IMG/VR virus record: IMGVR_UViG_3300028888_000068
Length of the DNA stretch: 64,000 bases
Strand: one strand, 5' to 3'
DNA from: an uncultured virus (IMG/VR IMGVR_UViG_3300028888_000068)
Lineage: Duplodnaviria > Heunggongvirae > Uroviricota > Caudoviricetes
In this document: positions 48,801-58,525 of the stretch, in pieces
Position numbering within the stretch: the stretch's first letter is position 1
Layout: every line of letters begins with the position of its first letter
Notes under the pieces: generated by a model
Database searches by the model: none
Seen by the model: only the letters and a program-made list of their open reading frames with translations
Told to the model about the DNA's origin: nothing
Position numbers and translations under genes: made by a program

Positions 48801-50584
48801 AACTGAAAGCAGCTGCATATAATAGACTGACTGGTACTTTCCCAGCAGACGGAACTCATTATACTTCACACAAATGTATAATTAAAGTACTCTCTGAAGC
48901 TCCAGCTGACAGTCCGATTGAGTATGAATATATTGTAGGTAGAGCTGACAAGAATAAGAACCCAGATCCTAATCATACTGGCGATATTCAAACATTCACT
49001 CTCTATCCAAAGTCCTGGAAACCTAGAATTTTCCAGACAACAGACCAGCAGGGATTCCATTGGATTGAGTATCAGGCATGGGCTGCAGCGGCCGAAGAAG
49101 TAAATAAGCTTATAAATAGTGAACTCGAGGCTGGCGAAGAGATTATTCCTATCTTAGTCAATACTGGTGATATGACTCAGAATGGAACCAGAATCAATGA
49201 GTGGCTTGACTACTATAATGCTGGTAAGTGTCTTTTCAATCACCTAGAGCAGATGAATGTAGTTGGAAATAATGACCTTGTCGGAACTAATCCTGAGATT
49301 CTTGGAACAGGTGATGACCAGGGAAAATCTAATGGCCACTATTTCCATGTATTCTATTGCTATGAGGTAGATCCAGAGGTTAATCCTATAATTCCTTCTA
49401 CCGACGGAACCCAAGTTAAATACATTCCTAGTTTCTATTACTTTGAAAATGAAGCCGATAGTATAGAAGATGAGTATAGATTTGTCTTCCTAAATACTGA
49501 AATTACAACCATCAATTGTAGAGATTGGTATAAGAGAGTTAATGCAGAAGGAGAGCCAATTAATGTTTATACTGGTTGGCCAATAACTGATAGAGCTACA
49601 GCAGAGTATGATCCTGGGTTCAAAACTATCTACTCAATGATTTATCAGATTCTCGAAGGTGCTGGAGATAGACATATTATAGCCGCTTGTCATGAGATGC
49701 CTTTCACTGTTGTTACCGGAGCGAACCTTAAGACTGCAAAAGCAAATGCTGACCGGTCTATGAATGGTATCTCTCTTGTAGGATGTCACTGCAATCGTGA
49801 AGGAAGTCTTAACGAAAAATCTATCTACTGGCTATCACGTCTCTTAGAAAACTTTGATGTCAAGTTGATGATTGGTGGACATAAACATACATATGCCTGC
49901 ACTAATCCTCTTCGTGAGTTCTATTTCTATGATGGCGGAACTAAGAATTCTCTACAGGATGGACCTATGGTTATGGAATCTACACTTGAACATGATGATC
50001 AAGTATCTTGGATTGCAACTGTCGGGCTTGTAACAGATGGAGCTCAGAAAAACTATCAATTTGGTGTGGAGTCCGAGAATACAGTTGAAATTCATACTAC
50101 CAAATTCCCGATTATGATAGTTCCTGACGATACCCCAGAAGGAATTATCCTAAATACTGATACTTGGTGGCCTTGTTATGGTGTTCACTCTGATAGTTAC
50201 ACAAAAGTAGTCTATTCTATGTGTCAGGCAACTGGATTTAAGCTTAAGTCAAATAAAGAGCTTCCGTCCGACCAGCAGAAATTCTCATATGCAATTCCTA
50301 AGACAACTGTAGGTACTGATGCTGATACCCCTAATGATAATCAGTTAAAGCCTATGTTTATTGAGATAGTTCTAGAAGATAATAGTTATTCTATTTATCT
50401 AATGAGAATAGAAGAAATTACAAATGGAACTAAACTATTCTCTCAGGATGCATTTAGTACAAAGGCAGCATACTTTATGTACTTGAAGCATGAGAAAGAA
50501 TCTGAAGAGCTTGATATTCTTTACGGACATTGGGTAAGAGATAAAGAAACTCTTATAGTAATAGATGATACACAAGCAGAATAA
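45899..50584 (+). CDS. Multidomain metallophosphoesterase (purple-acid-phosphatase-like) with lamin-tail domain and N-terminal virion-adaptor module
   Basis: Calcineurin-like motifs TTDQQ, NTGDMTQNG, VGNND, CHEMPF, GGHKHTY. PAP N-terminal-like TRCFNWIS...YEYIVG. LTD FIELENTSDQDFLLDGCYLHY...IPAGGTYLV. No signal peptide. Confidence 0.8.
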   Translation: MAQLRGTNVAAPLMPFSDRDKFPTHLPQYGKGGYRSVADLDERDAIPTERQEEGMLVWVISKSTLYQLRSGEWIEFKISTSDDPSSPGSSDYAKASDLEALEDRVSDLEENGVGSGSYQFNSVDDIPSDYPGNFVYIDGKKTFYVRDEEGWRPIETKANIESRGGIPIFTESQVAEMEEKPEDYISIRDASELQQTPENDTRNYVDILFSAVRSLQAEVAKLRNSMKYGLYSYTGKDTAMSRVMDSYSDIPDEEPLWATEESDLSPIDGAGTELGNGHLLEPSENVEVLGEDALRISNASWTDPLGVLGDIEDPKLYFYFTASSPKITLALDPGNLELSLSSLGVPNSSRYNILVIISRKVHEVGDNFIWVSIANYATAVTTNEGYWDPRANILSTNKTSLSEAYSVSEIRFSDLDLFKFNIYSKYQDFSNTILPSGPSDEDYKYRVAHLTIRSVENYSDLDEIKDQLPKNELIYNEDNGFLYIKLENGKVKRISGGGGGNENDDETTPSGMEKQEIIEWLAANGIIVTDEGGELVLGPVADITFVHQGTGKKFKFETDAEGNLHATELSEDSYEGQGGILSVNSFDPDNTEMSIRGFVGTLGDKKLAKAGKPVAIDKDHGLYSDRVKIGAIYAPNASLTTHGCSHAFIELENTSDQDFLLDGCYLHYATGTSGNGAAADIRTYHLALEGKIPAGGTYLVRGKQYTSPEQANCFINVATFDKEWYIGEGELIDLTPASSNTYLLTYGLPELDWKTVMWAANTDASTVKKAPWVYDPHYIDSVSIGTPVYNGDSNANSTWNPYKKKDIINASAYYAIKAFDCIYKNTFELEPAKQGYQSAGTIDSSRVRGVTAGDYQYLRVNSDVIEFPKAPETFPVNRYTPKASFEHKNVCTDKSKLDMSKPNMVTCSFGINIHTTRCFNWISAGEFDEFIWLRPKGSEAWVSRFESYKAGTESDKPGDMVKVSFPDELKAAAYNRLTGTFPADGTHYTSHKCIIKVLSEAPADSPIEYEYIVGRADKNKNPDPNHTGDIQTFTLYPKSWKPRIFQTTDQQGFHWIEYQAWAAAAEEVNKLINSELEAGEEIIPILVNTGDMTQNGTRINEWLDYYNAGKCLFNHLEQMNVVGNNDLVGTNPEILGTGDDQGKSNGHYFHVFYCYEVDPEVNPIIPSTDGTQVKYIPSFYYFENEADSIEDEYRFVFLNTEITTINCRDWYKRVNAEGEPINVYTGWPITDRATAEYDPGFKTIYSMIYQILEGAGDRHIIAACHEMPFTVVTGANLKTAKANADRSMNGISLVGCHCNREGSLNEKSIYWLSRLLENFDVKLMIGGHKHTYACTNPLREFYFYDGGTKNSLQDGPMVMESTLEHDDQVSWIATVGLVTDGAQKNYQFGVESENTVEIHTTKFPIMIVPDDTPEGIILNTDTWWPCYGVHSDSYTKVVYSMCQATGFKLKSNKELPSDQQKFSYAIPKTTVGTDADTPNDNQLKPMFIEIVLEDNSYSIYLMRIEEITNGTKLFSQDAFSTKAAYFMYLKHEKESEELDILYGHWVRDKETLIVIDDTQAE

Positions 50585-50599
50585 AATAAATAAATAATA

Positions 50600-53500
50600 A
50601 TGAAGCATAACGGAAAAAATATTATAACTGATCAAGATATAACTTTGACAGGTAATGACTATGCAGGAAAAACACTTGACACAGTACTTACCGACCAAGA
50701 AGAAAGACTTGATCGGATAGAAAGCAACGTTAAGTGGATTTATAAGTATGGTGGAGTTGGGTCCGGATCTGGTGGAGGGTCCGGATCTGGCTCATCAACT
50801 AGATGGTCAGTTGTAGTTACTAGAGCTGATACTGGAATGGTCTTAAAAGATGGCGTATCCCTTAGTTTGTCAGGTCCAGGTAACTACGGGCTTAATGTTC
50901 AGGTATATCGTGGAGGTGCAGATTCATTTTCTGTACAGTATTCATATCAGACCTCCAAGGGTTCAGCAAGTGCCTCTGATACTTTGAATTCTAATAACTC
51001 TTTCTATGCATCTAGAACACTTAATCTAGATACTAATGGAATTCTGACTATCAAAGTAATTAATAAATCCGAACCTGACGAGCCACCTATTACTTATACA
51101 ATTCCATATATAGTATCTTCGTATTCATTCAATCTCTACTATGTTTACGCAGATAATAAAGACCCATTTACAGCACATTCAGACAATACAATATTTATGA
51201 ATGATGTAAAGGGTCGTGGAATTATGGCAGCTTTAGAATATTCTGTAGCCGTAGGTATTCAATCTGCTTCATATACTTATACAGATTGGGAAGGTCGTGT
51301 AGTAGTTGTTTCTGGAGATTCTGAAGATGGAATTAAGGAGAGAACATCAAAGATTATATATATTCCTTTATGTTCTGATATCAACTCTTACCTAGAAGAT
51401 AACGATAATGCTAAGTTCCGTCAATTCCTCCTAGATATTGATCTTACTTTAGATGGACAGACCCAGAAAGAAAATATATCACAGCTATCTCTAAAGGATA
51501 CTCTTATTCCATCGGATCTGTTCCTTCGTGTTACTGCCTCTGGTGGAACTATATATGATGAGCCTCTAGAAGTTGTAGACCCGTCTAATCAATTTATAGT
51601 TGGTACTATCGTATTCCAGGTAACTCCTTTCTATGGAGCTATTGTTTTAGGTCGTACTTATAACTTTTCTGTCTATCTTGATGATGTAAAGCTTGGAGAG
51701 GAAGAAGGCATAAGAGTCAATACATTATCAGACCAGCAAGTTCAGTCCATCCCAATTCCAGCATCTCAAGCCAAACGATATAAAATTACCTTTACAGTAA
51801 CAGAACCCTCCAGTCAGTCTACATATACTGTTGACTATTGGTTCATGACTAAGGAAGCTACTAGTTCCTTTAATTACTATCCTAAGAGATCTTCTGCATC
51901 AGGGTCAACTTATATACCAGTCATAACATCTGATGTCTACAGAAAACTTCATGATGCACAGAATATTGAAGGAGTTAGTGCTACTACGTCTTTAAATATT
52001 ACTTCAGTTTCTGATGATACAACTACTTATAATTTCTTATCACCAGACCAGACTTCTTATGAAAATCTAGATCAACTTCTATGTCTTGGTATTCAGTATG
52101 TTAAGACAAATGATGTAACCAGACCTATAGCTAGATTTAATATTAAAGGAGGACCAGTCGGAGATATCTATATTTATCAGAATAAGATAGTAATAAATAG
52201 AGATGCTCATGTGTCAGATATGTCAAATGTTAATGGTGATTCCTGTGAGATTTATTTCCCTATGTGTAAGAAACTTAGTGAAACAGGTCTCTCCGACTAT
52301 CACCTCCTAACTATATACAAGAGACTAGAAAAACAGGAAAGTAATAACTACTGGAAAGGAATCTATGTGTTTATTGATGGTGACTTAGAGGCTGCATTCG
52401 GAACTTTCACTACTTCTCACAATAAATATACAGGAATTACTTTCTTCCCTGGAAACTACTATGTAAACTTAATCGAGAATACTTGCTTCTCACACACTTC
52501 TAACGACGAATATCACTACTACATGGATGATATTGACGTCATGGGGTATTATTACGCATATAAAGAACTTATCCTCGGTATACCTGTAGACGAAACTACT
52601 AAAGTTCTATATGATAACTTCTCTACCTTCAAAGCTGACGATGAGAACTTTATCCTGACCAACGAGACCACAATTCATAATATTGCTGAAAACTCTGAAG
52701 TTCCAGTTATTATAATGAATTTTACTGATAATGGACAAGGAACCAATGGTATTTCAGGTTATAAGGATTGTTTTAAAGAGTTTATGTCTGCAGCTTATAC
52801 GGAAAATACTGAATTTGAAAAAGCTCCAGTTACCGTTTCTTGGTCGGGAGGAAAATCGAAGCCGGTATCAATCCAGAAAGATGGAGCTCCAGCTATTTTC
52901 TATATAGAGCCTCAAGGTTCATCTACCCGAAGTTTTAGAAGTAAAAACTGGGAATTATATGCACCATCTCCGTCGGATGAAGGTCATATTTGTGTCTACA
53001 CTCCTAATTTTAAAGATGGAGATATAAATACATTCCTCCCAGAAGAATCATATACTCTTAAAGCTGATGTCGTCGATTCTAGCCATACAAATAATAATGC
53101 TATTGCTAGTTTTGTAAATGACGTAACCAAGCCCTTTGCCGGAGCTACAATATCACAAGTATCTCCGCAGGGTGGACCATCAAAGTATTCAGGCTATATT
53201 AAGAATTGTCTTTCTGGATTTCCTGTCTTAGTATTCTTACATACAAATTATAAAGACAAGCCCGAGGAAGTTGAACTTAATGTTAATAACTACTATTTCC
53301 TTGGAATCTATAATTTCAATCTAGGACGTAATTCATTCTTCAATCTAGGCTATAAGAATACTGGTGCTCTAGAAACAATAGGACTTCAAGATGGTTTTGG
53401 TATCTATGAACTTCCAGAACCAGGTCTTCTACCAGATATAATGGTAGGTGAAATTCAAGGTAATAATCCATACTTTGACTTTTCTCAGTATGATACATCA

Positions 53501-56500
53501 ATTCTCTTCAAGCTCCCAAATCAAAGCAACGATGAGACTTATATGTGGGGAGACCTTGTTGGTGGCGGACTTAATAATGCAAACGCCAAAACAGCAATCT
53601 CTAAGTTTGTCGAGAAAGTTGCAAAAGCTGGAGGCTATATCTTTGATTCTATTGGAAAGGAGTATAGCGATGATGCCAAACACGGTTATGAGAGTGGGTA
53701 TTCTGTTATAAATCAAGTACCAGACTATACATGGCAAGCTAAACGAACACTAGTCGGAGCCAAACCAGAATATAGTTTTATGCAAGTGGCACAAAGAGCA
53801 AATGTTAATGACCTTATGGATTTCTTGATTACCCCCGAGGATGATCCAGAAAAATTCAGAGGCATAGACTATAACTCTCTTTGTGAATACTATACTATAT
53901 GTATGGCCTTCGGTCTAGTCGACTCGGTAGAAAAGAATCTTAATATCAAGTCTTGGAATTCTGGACGAGATTTCTATCTTGCTTTCTACGATATGGATAC
54001 TTGTCTTGGTGTATCTAACTCTGGTTCCAAGATTTCATACTTTGCTTTCTCTGATTATTGGGATTGGAGAGGCTCTATAGAAGATGGATCTTTGGGAGAT
54101 GTTAAAGTATACCGAGATTATGCACCGAGCGGAGAGAACTCAGGAATTAGTTCTGAATCCTTCTTTGATACCCCTAGTTCATATCTATTTGCTATCGCTA
54201 AGTATGCATATCAAGTTCTTAAGAAAACTGCTACTAGTGATAGTCAGATAAGTGACCTCGTATATCACCCTAATAACCTATGGGCTAGATGGAGAAAAAG
54301 AGAGGGAATGAATAGAGGAGATGGTTCCTTGGCAAATGCAAAAACTTTTATAGATAAATATTATAGACATCACCTGGCTGGAGTCCCTGAAGTTGCTTTT
54401 AATTATAACTATAGATACAAATACTTTGTAAAAACTGCAGACGGACACGGATTTGATGCAATTAATTTTCCGAAGTTCTATGGTCGAAAGATAGCCTATA
54501 CTGAAACTTGGCTTGACAACAGACTTCATATCCTTGACGCTTATTTCAATATAAACAACATCCCAGAAGAAATGAATGGCTTTAGCGCTCCTACAGTTAC
54601 CATCGATTCTGAGGTCGATAGAGATAATCCTGATATCTATGTATTCCATGATATCTTCTCTGAAACTTCTGTAGGTAAACAATATGCCAATGCTTCTGCG
54701 ATTATTAATGTAAAGGCCAAAGCTTATTCTCCACTTATTTGTAAAATTGCTAATGACTCCAGCCGGTATATGTTTACAGATAACGAGAATCAAGGCTACG
54801 ATTTCCTCATGAAGACTAATGGTAACCAAACCTATCTCTTCGGAGGATCGGCTATGTGGACTGAAGTAGACTCTATCAATCCATTTATTACATACTCTAC
54901 TGATTCATCCTTCTCAATTACCTCTGACTATTTCTCAAAGATAGTTGGAACCGCTGGGTCATGTAATTCTTGGACCTTTAATACACCATCCCTAAAGTAT
55001 CTGTCCTTAACTAATCAGACAGACGTAGCAACCTATAAGGGAGATATTGAATTTAATGGTCTAGAGAATTATCCAAACCTAAGGGAAGTAAAGATAGATG
55101 GAACTGAGATTAACCTTAAGATAACCAATTCCAATATAGTTTCCATTAGTGCTCTTGGAATGAAACAAGGTGCTAGACTGGAAGTTTCAAATACCCCTAA
55201 TATATCAAATATTGCTGTATCTGGTCACTTAGGAGATTTAAGTCTTCCTGGTTGGGGAACTAATATTGCTCTCCCAGGCGATGGCTCAACAATAAATAGT
55301 GGAAAGATTAATATTCAGAACACTAAATATCCAGGAGCATCTATCAGAATCTCAAATGCGCCTAATCTTTCACAACTTGTCCTTACTGGATTTAGAAAGA
55401 TTGTTGTAGATAATTGTCCTCGTCTGGCGGAGATAATTATAGGCGATGTTGAAGATATTGAGAACTTTGGACTTCGTGTTCTTGATGTAACCTATCCAAC
55501 GCTTCCAGAAAATTCTACTATAGTTCTTTCTGATAAGCTTACAATAGGACCCGTCGGAACAGCCGAAAATACAGTCGACCTATCACAATGGGGTTCTGAT
55601 TTTGAGGCTCTGCGCCTAAGACATACCCCAGTCGTAAAGGTCGATGTTCCAGACGGCTGTAATATCAATCTTCTTCCATATGCTTTCTTTGATTGTCCTA
55701 AGATTACATGGTTAAATGGTAATAGTACTTTCTGGATTCACTCTGAAGAAGACTATACCAAAGACCCAGGAAGTATAATATCTGCAAATGGCGCTGAGAC
55801 TTTCCATAATGCGGTTAAATTTACAATGACCAAAGAAGATGGAAGTCAAGTAGATCTTAGAGTTCATAGATATTGTAGCAACCTAGAGAATACTTTCTGC
55901 ATAGATGTAAACAGACTAGGCGGACGTGGAGATATAAGACTTCCACAGGCACAATATTTCTTAAATGAAGGTTCAGAAGATGCTTATAATGTAAATTCTG
56001 TTGCCTATATCTTTAGAGGACAACATATCGACTACGGAAAAGAAGACTTGATTCGTGAATATAACTTAGGCATGTGTAGTATTGGTTTTTCTAAGTATCC
56101 GAAATGTAATAAATTCTCATATGCATTCCGTGATACTTGGGTTAGAGCCATTAATAGATACATGTTTAAAGACTTAGGTATAGAAGCGGGTACAGCAGGT
56201 CTTCTTGGTCTTGGTTATGCTTTCAATCAGGTTGTCTACGTAACCAGCAATCCAAGTCAGGAAAGCAAAGTAGTCGGAGATAAATTAGTTTCTGACTATG
56301 TCCTATATGCTACAACAGACTTCTTAGAGGAAATTATTGATAGAACATATCAAATTAATATGACTGAGATGTCTGATGGTGGAAATAGACTTTGCTTCTT
56401 AGATACTTCAGTCCCTGGCGGTCAGATTCTTGATACCGTCCGACTTAAAGATATATTCTGCCCTCACGGAAAGACACCAAGTAGATTAGGATTTATTCAA

Positions 56501-58447
56501 AATATGGAATTCTTCAAGGGTCACGTCTTAGATATGACTGGTGCTTTCGATTGGGGAACAAATATTCAACTTGTTCTTATGAGATTCATGAGTAACGTTG
56601 AATACCAGTTCTTTGTCGACGGCTCACTTGAAAGATTGTTCTATAATGCTAATGTATTTAGCATTGAATATTCCTTAAGTAATCTCTATGGTTATCCTAG
56701 TGAGGTTAATATGGCAGAATTTATTAACTGGTCAAAGGTTGGACAAGTTTCTAAGCTTTTCTCAAGTCCATCGGGTACATATTCGCTTGGATTTAATAAG
56801 AGAATAACCTACAGAGATTTTCAGGACGTTATCTGGTATAATATTTTAAGAACACCTCCAGGAAGTATGGGCTCTATTTTCCAGGATTGTACTATATACT
56901 TCGAGTCTGGTCAGGAAAATGAAGAGTTCTCATTAGTATCTCCAGAGAATGAAGGAAACGTAAGACCTAGTTCGACGATAACTGATATCTCCTATCTCTT
57001 TGCAACGCTAAAGGCTAAAGTTCAGGGTTCTACTGCATATAGTCCGTTGAAGATGACTAGTGATTTTATGAAGTATCTTCCTGCTGTCAAAACTGCCAAA
57101 GCTGCATTCCGTGGTATGATATGGGCTAATCCTATTCCTTGGGACTTCTTCTATAAACGTGTTCCTATCGAGAAGAACGTCTATGTAAAGAAGGACGATA
57201 GCTTCATTCCGGCGACATTCACTGGTTTTGAATATAGAAAAGAACTGACAGACCTTACCGAATGTTTTGCTGGTATACGACTTCCAAGAAATATGGCATG
57301 GAAAGCTAGTGGAGATTATAATAAGAGACTAGAAACTTGGACTATCTTAGGTTCCGACGGAGAGAATTATAGCTCTTATTATGATACCCCCGATGGCGAA
57401 GAAATAACAGACTGGCCATATATCGATGCACAAGAGGTAGTTGAGTGTGCCCTTCCGCCGGGAGAAGACTGGATTCCTGGAGATATTGGAGGCGTATACT
57501 GGTCTAATCCTGAGGTAGGTGATGAAGGAAAGGGGTTATTTGTCTCTCCTGATGTCTTCTCTGCTTGTGCTTCTGGATGTAATGTTTCTGGATGTTTCTC
57601 TGCAAGTACTTATGGAAATGAAAGAAAAACCCCTGTCTTTACTGGTGTTATTCCTAAGCATCTCGTCTGGTCACTTGGAAAGAGCTCAGACTTTGGCAAT
57701 ATGATGGCTAATCTGAATATTCTTCCTAGACTGTATGGAAGTTATAGACCAAGTGGATCTACTATCGTTCAGAATTACTACTACTTTGTTCCGTCAGGAT
57801 TTACAAAGAGAACATCACTTAATAGTGCCTTTAACTTTAAGATGATTTTCCCTAAAGAAAATGTTAAGACAGGTACAAATAGTGGATATAAGGATTACTA
57901 CTATGTTCTTCTCTTTGATAGTCTTCCAGAAGAGGTTACAAGTCTGAACAGTGCACTTCCTTCATCTAACATCGCTATAAATCAGATGTGGTCTTGGAAT
58001 GGTACTAAAGTTCTTGATGAGGATACTGGAATTCTTGAGAAACCAGACGGAATCTACTATTCTATAATGGGAACTCCTGAATATTCCGGGGATGAATTTA
58101 TTGGAATGTCTACTGGTATTTCCTTAGAGCGTTATAGTTCCTTACGTCTTGATGGTTTAGTACAGTCGTCTATAGCTTCTATCATGTCTGGTAGAGTGTT
58201 TATAGAAGACTTAAGTGCTTGGAAGGCCAATCTATATCTTTCAAATACAAATAATTCAGCAATTTATCTTAGTTCATCTGGTCTATCTTATGCAGCTGAG
58301 ATATATCTGCCAGTCAAAAATAATCAATTCTTAACGGCTTCTTCTGCTTGTTATATACATAAAGAAAGTATTACTAATTATGGGGCAACCGTGATAGAAT
58401 CTGGTAATAAACTCACGTACTATCCAAACGTTCTTATAATTGAGTAG
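50600..58447 (+). CDS. Giant CotH-like atypical kinase protein with LamG-like and C-terminal LRR/BspA-like regions
   Basis: QGSSTRSFRSKNWEL, YTLKADVVDSSHTNN, FLGIYNFN, GLVDSVEKNL, FYDMDTCLG, WLDNRLHILD are CotH-family motifs. YHLLTI...IYVFIDG is LamG-like. LRR-like units include PSLKYLSL, PNLREVKI, PNLSQLVL, ITDISYLF. Confidence 0.75.
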   Translation: MKHNGKNIITDQDITLTGNDYAGKTLDTVLTDQEERLDRIESNVKWIYKYGGVGSGSGGGSGSGSSTRWSVVVTRADTGMVLKDGVSLSLSGPGNYGLNVQVYRGGADSFSVQYSYQTSKGSASASDTLNSNNSFYASRTLNLDTNGILTIKVINKSEPDEPPITYTIPYIVSSYSFNLYYVYADNKDPFTAHSDNTIFMNDVKGRGIMAALEYSVAVGIQSASYTYTDWEGRVVVVSGDSEDGIKERTSKIIYIPLCSDINSYLEDNDNAKFRQFLLDIDLTLDGQTQKENISQLSLKDTLIPSDLFLRVTASGGTIYDEPLEVVDPSNQFIVGTIVFQVTPFYGAIVLGRTYNFSVYLDDVKLGEEEGIRVNTLSDQQVQSIPIPASQAKRYKITFTVTEPSSQSTYTVDYWFMTKEATSSFNYYPKRSSASGSTYIPVITSDVYRKLHDAQNIEGVSATTSLNITSVSDDTTTYNFLSPDQTSYENLDQLLCLGIQYVKTNDVTRPIARFNIKGGPVGDIYIYQNKIVINRDAHVSDMSNVNGDSCEIYFPMCKKLSETGLSDYHLLTIYKRLEKQESNNYWKGIYVFIDGDLEAAFGTFTTSHNKYTGITFFPGNYYVNLIENTCFSHTSNDEYHYYMDDIDVMGYYYAYKELILGIPVDETTKVLYDNFSTFKADDENFILTNETTIHNIAENSEVPVIIMNFTDNGQGTNGISGYKDCFKEFMSAAYTENTEFEKAPVTVSWSGGKSKPVSIQKDGAPAIFYIEPQGSSTRSFRSKNWELYAPSPSDEGHICVYTPNFKDGDINTFLPEESYTLKADVVDSSHTNNNAIASFVNDVTKPFAGATISQVSPQGGPSKYSGYIKNCLSGFPVLVFLHTNYKDKPEEVELNVNNYYFLGIYNFNLGRNSFFNLGYKNTGALETIGLQDGFGIYELPEPGLLPDIMVGEIQGNNPYFDFSQYDTSILFKLPNQSNDETYMWGDLVGGGLNNANAKTAISKFVEKVAKAGGYIFDSIGKEYSDDAKHGYESGYSVINQVPDYTWQAKRTLVGAKPEYSFMQVAQRANVNDLMDFLITPEDDPEKFRGIDYNSLCEYYTICMAFGLVDSVEKNLNIKSWNSGRDFYLAFYDMDTCLGVSNSGSKISYFAFSDYWDWRGSIEDGSLGDVKVYRDYAPSGENSGISSESFFDTPSSYLFAIAKYAYQVLKKTATSDSQISDLVYHPNNLWARWRKREGMNRGDGSLANAKTFIDKYYRHHLAGVPEVAFNYNYRYKYFVKTADGHGFDAINFPKFYGRKIAYTETWLDNRLHILDAYFNINNIPEEMNGFSAPTVTIDSEVDRDNPDIYVFHDIFSETSVGKQYANASAIINVKAKAYSPLICKIANDSSRYMFTDNENQGYDFLMKTNGNQTYLFGGSAMWTEVDSINPFITYSTDSSFSITSDYFSKIVGTAGSCNSWTFNTPSLKYLSLTNQTDVATYKGDIEFNGLENYPNLREVKIDGTEINLKITNSNIVSISALGMKQGARLEVSNTPNISNIAVSGHLGDLSLPGWGTNIALPGDGSTINSGKINIQNTKYPGASIRISNAPNLSQLVLTGFRKIVVDNCPRLAEIIIGDVEDIENFGLRVLDVTYPTLPENSTIVLSDKLTIGPVGTAENTVDLSQWGSDFEALRLRHTPVVKVDVPDGCNINLLPYAFFDCPKITWLNGNSTFWIHSEEDYTKDPGSIISANGAETFHNAVKFTMTKEDGSQVDLRVHRYCSNLENTFCIDVNRLGGRGDIRLPQAQYFLNEGSEDAYNVNSVAYIFRGQHIDYGKEDLIREYNLGMCSIGFSKYPKCNKFSYAFRDTWVRAINRYMFKDLGIEAGTAGLLGLGYAFNQVVYVTSNPSQESKVVGDKLVSDYVLYATTDFLEEIIDRTYQINMTEMSDGGNRLCFLDTSVPGGQILDTVRLKDIFCPHGKTPSRLGFIQNMEFFKGHVLDMTGAFDWGTNIQLVLMRFMSNVEYQFFVDGSLERLFYNANVFSIEYSLSNLYGYPSEVNMAEFINWSKVGQVSKLFSSPSGTYSLGFNKRITYRDFQDVIWYNILRTPPGSMGSIFQDCTIYFESGQENEEFSLVSPENEGNVRPSSTITDISYLFATLKAKVQGSTAYSPLKMTSDFMKYLPAVKTAKAAFRGMIWANPIPWDFFYKRVPIEKNVYVKKDDSFIPATFTGFEYRKELTDLTECFAGIRLPRNMAWKASGDYNKRLETWTILGSDGENYSSYYDTPDGEEITDWPYIDAQEVVECALPPGEDWIPGDIGGVYWSNPEVGDEGKGLFVSPDVFSACASGCNVSGCFSASTYGNERKTPVFTGVIPKHLVWSLGKSSDFGNMMANLNILPRLYGSYRPSGSTIVQNYYYFVPSGFTKRTSLNSAFNFKMIFPKENVKTGTNSGYKDYYYVLLFDSLPEEVTSLNSALPSSNIAINQMWSWNGTKVLDEDTGILEKPDGIYYSIMGTPEYSGDEFIGMSTGISLERYSSLRLDGLVQSSIASIMSGRVFIEDLSAWKANLYLSNTNNSAIYLSSSGLSYAAEIYLPVKNNQFLTASSACYIHKESITNYGATVIESGNKLTYYPNVLIIE

Positions 58448-58451
58448 CCTG

Positions 58452-58495
58452 AAATACCACATTTTGCTGATATCTAGGCCCCAAACTCTTATTAT
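58452..58495 (+). promoter_or_regulatory. Candidate phage promoter or protein-binding motif, copy 2 (AAATACCACATTTTGCTG-N17-TCTTATTAT)
   Basis: 18 bp identity to 697-714, with the second element at the same spacing. Confidence 0.6.
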
Positions 58496-58525
58496 AGGAA
58501 ATTGAAAATATTGTTGTATAAATAA

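Noticed and set aside
58517..58524. T4 late-promoter consensus TATAAATA (also at 15259-15266)
   Set aside because: An all-A/T 8-mer expected by chance in this genome, and absent from most other intergenic regions.
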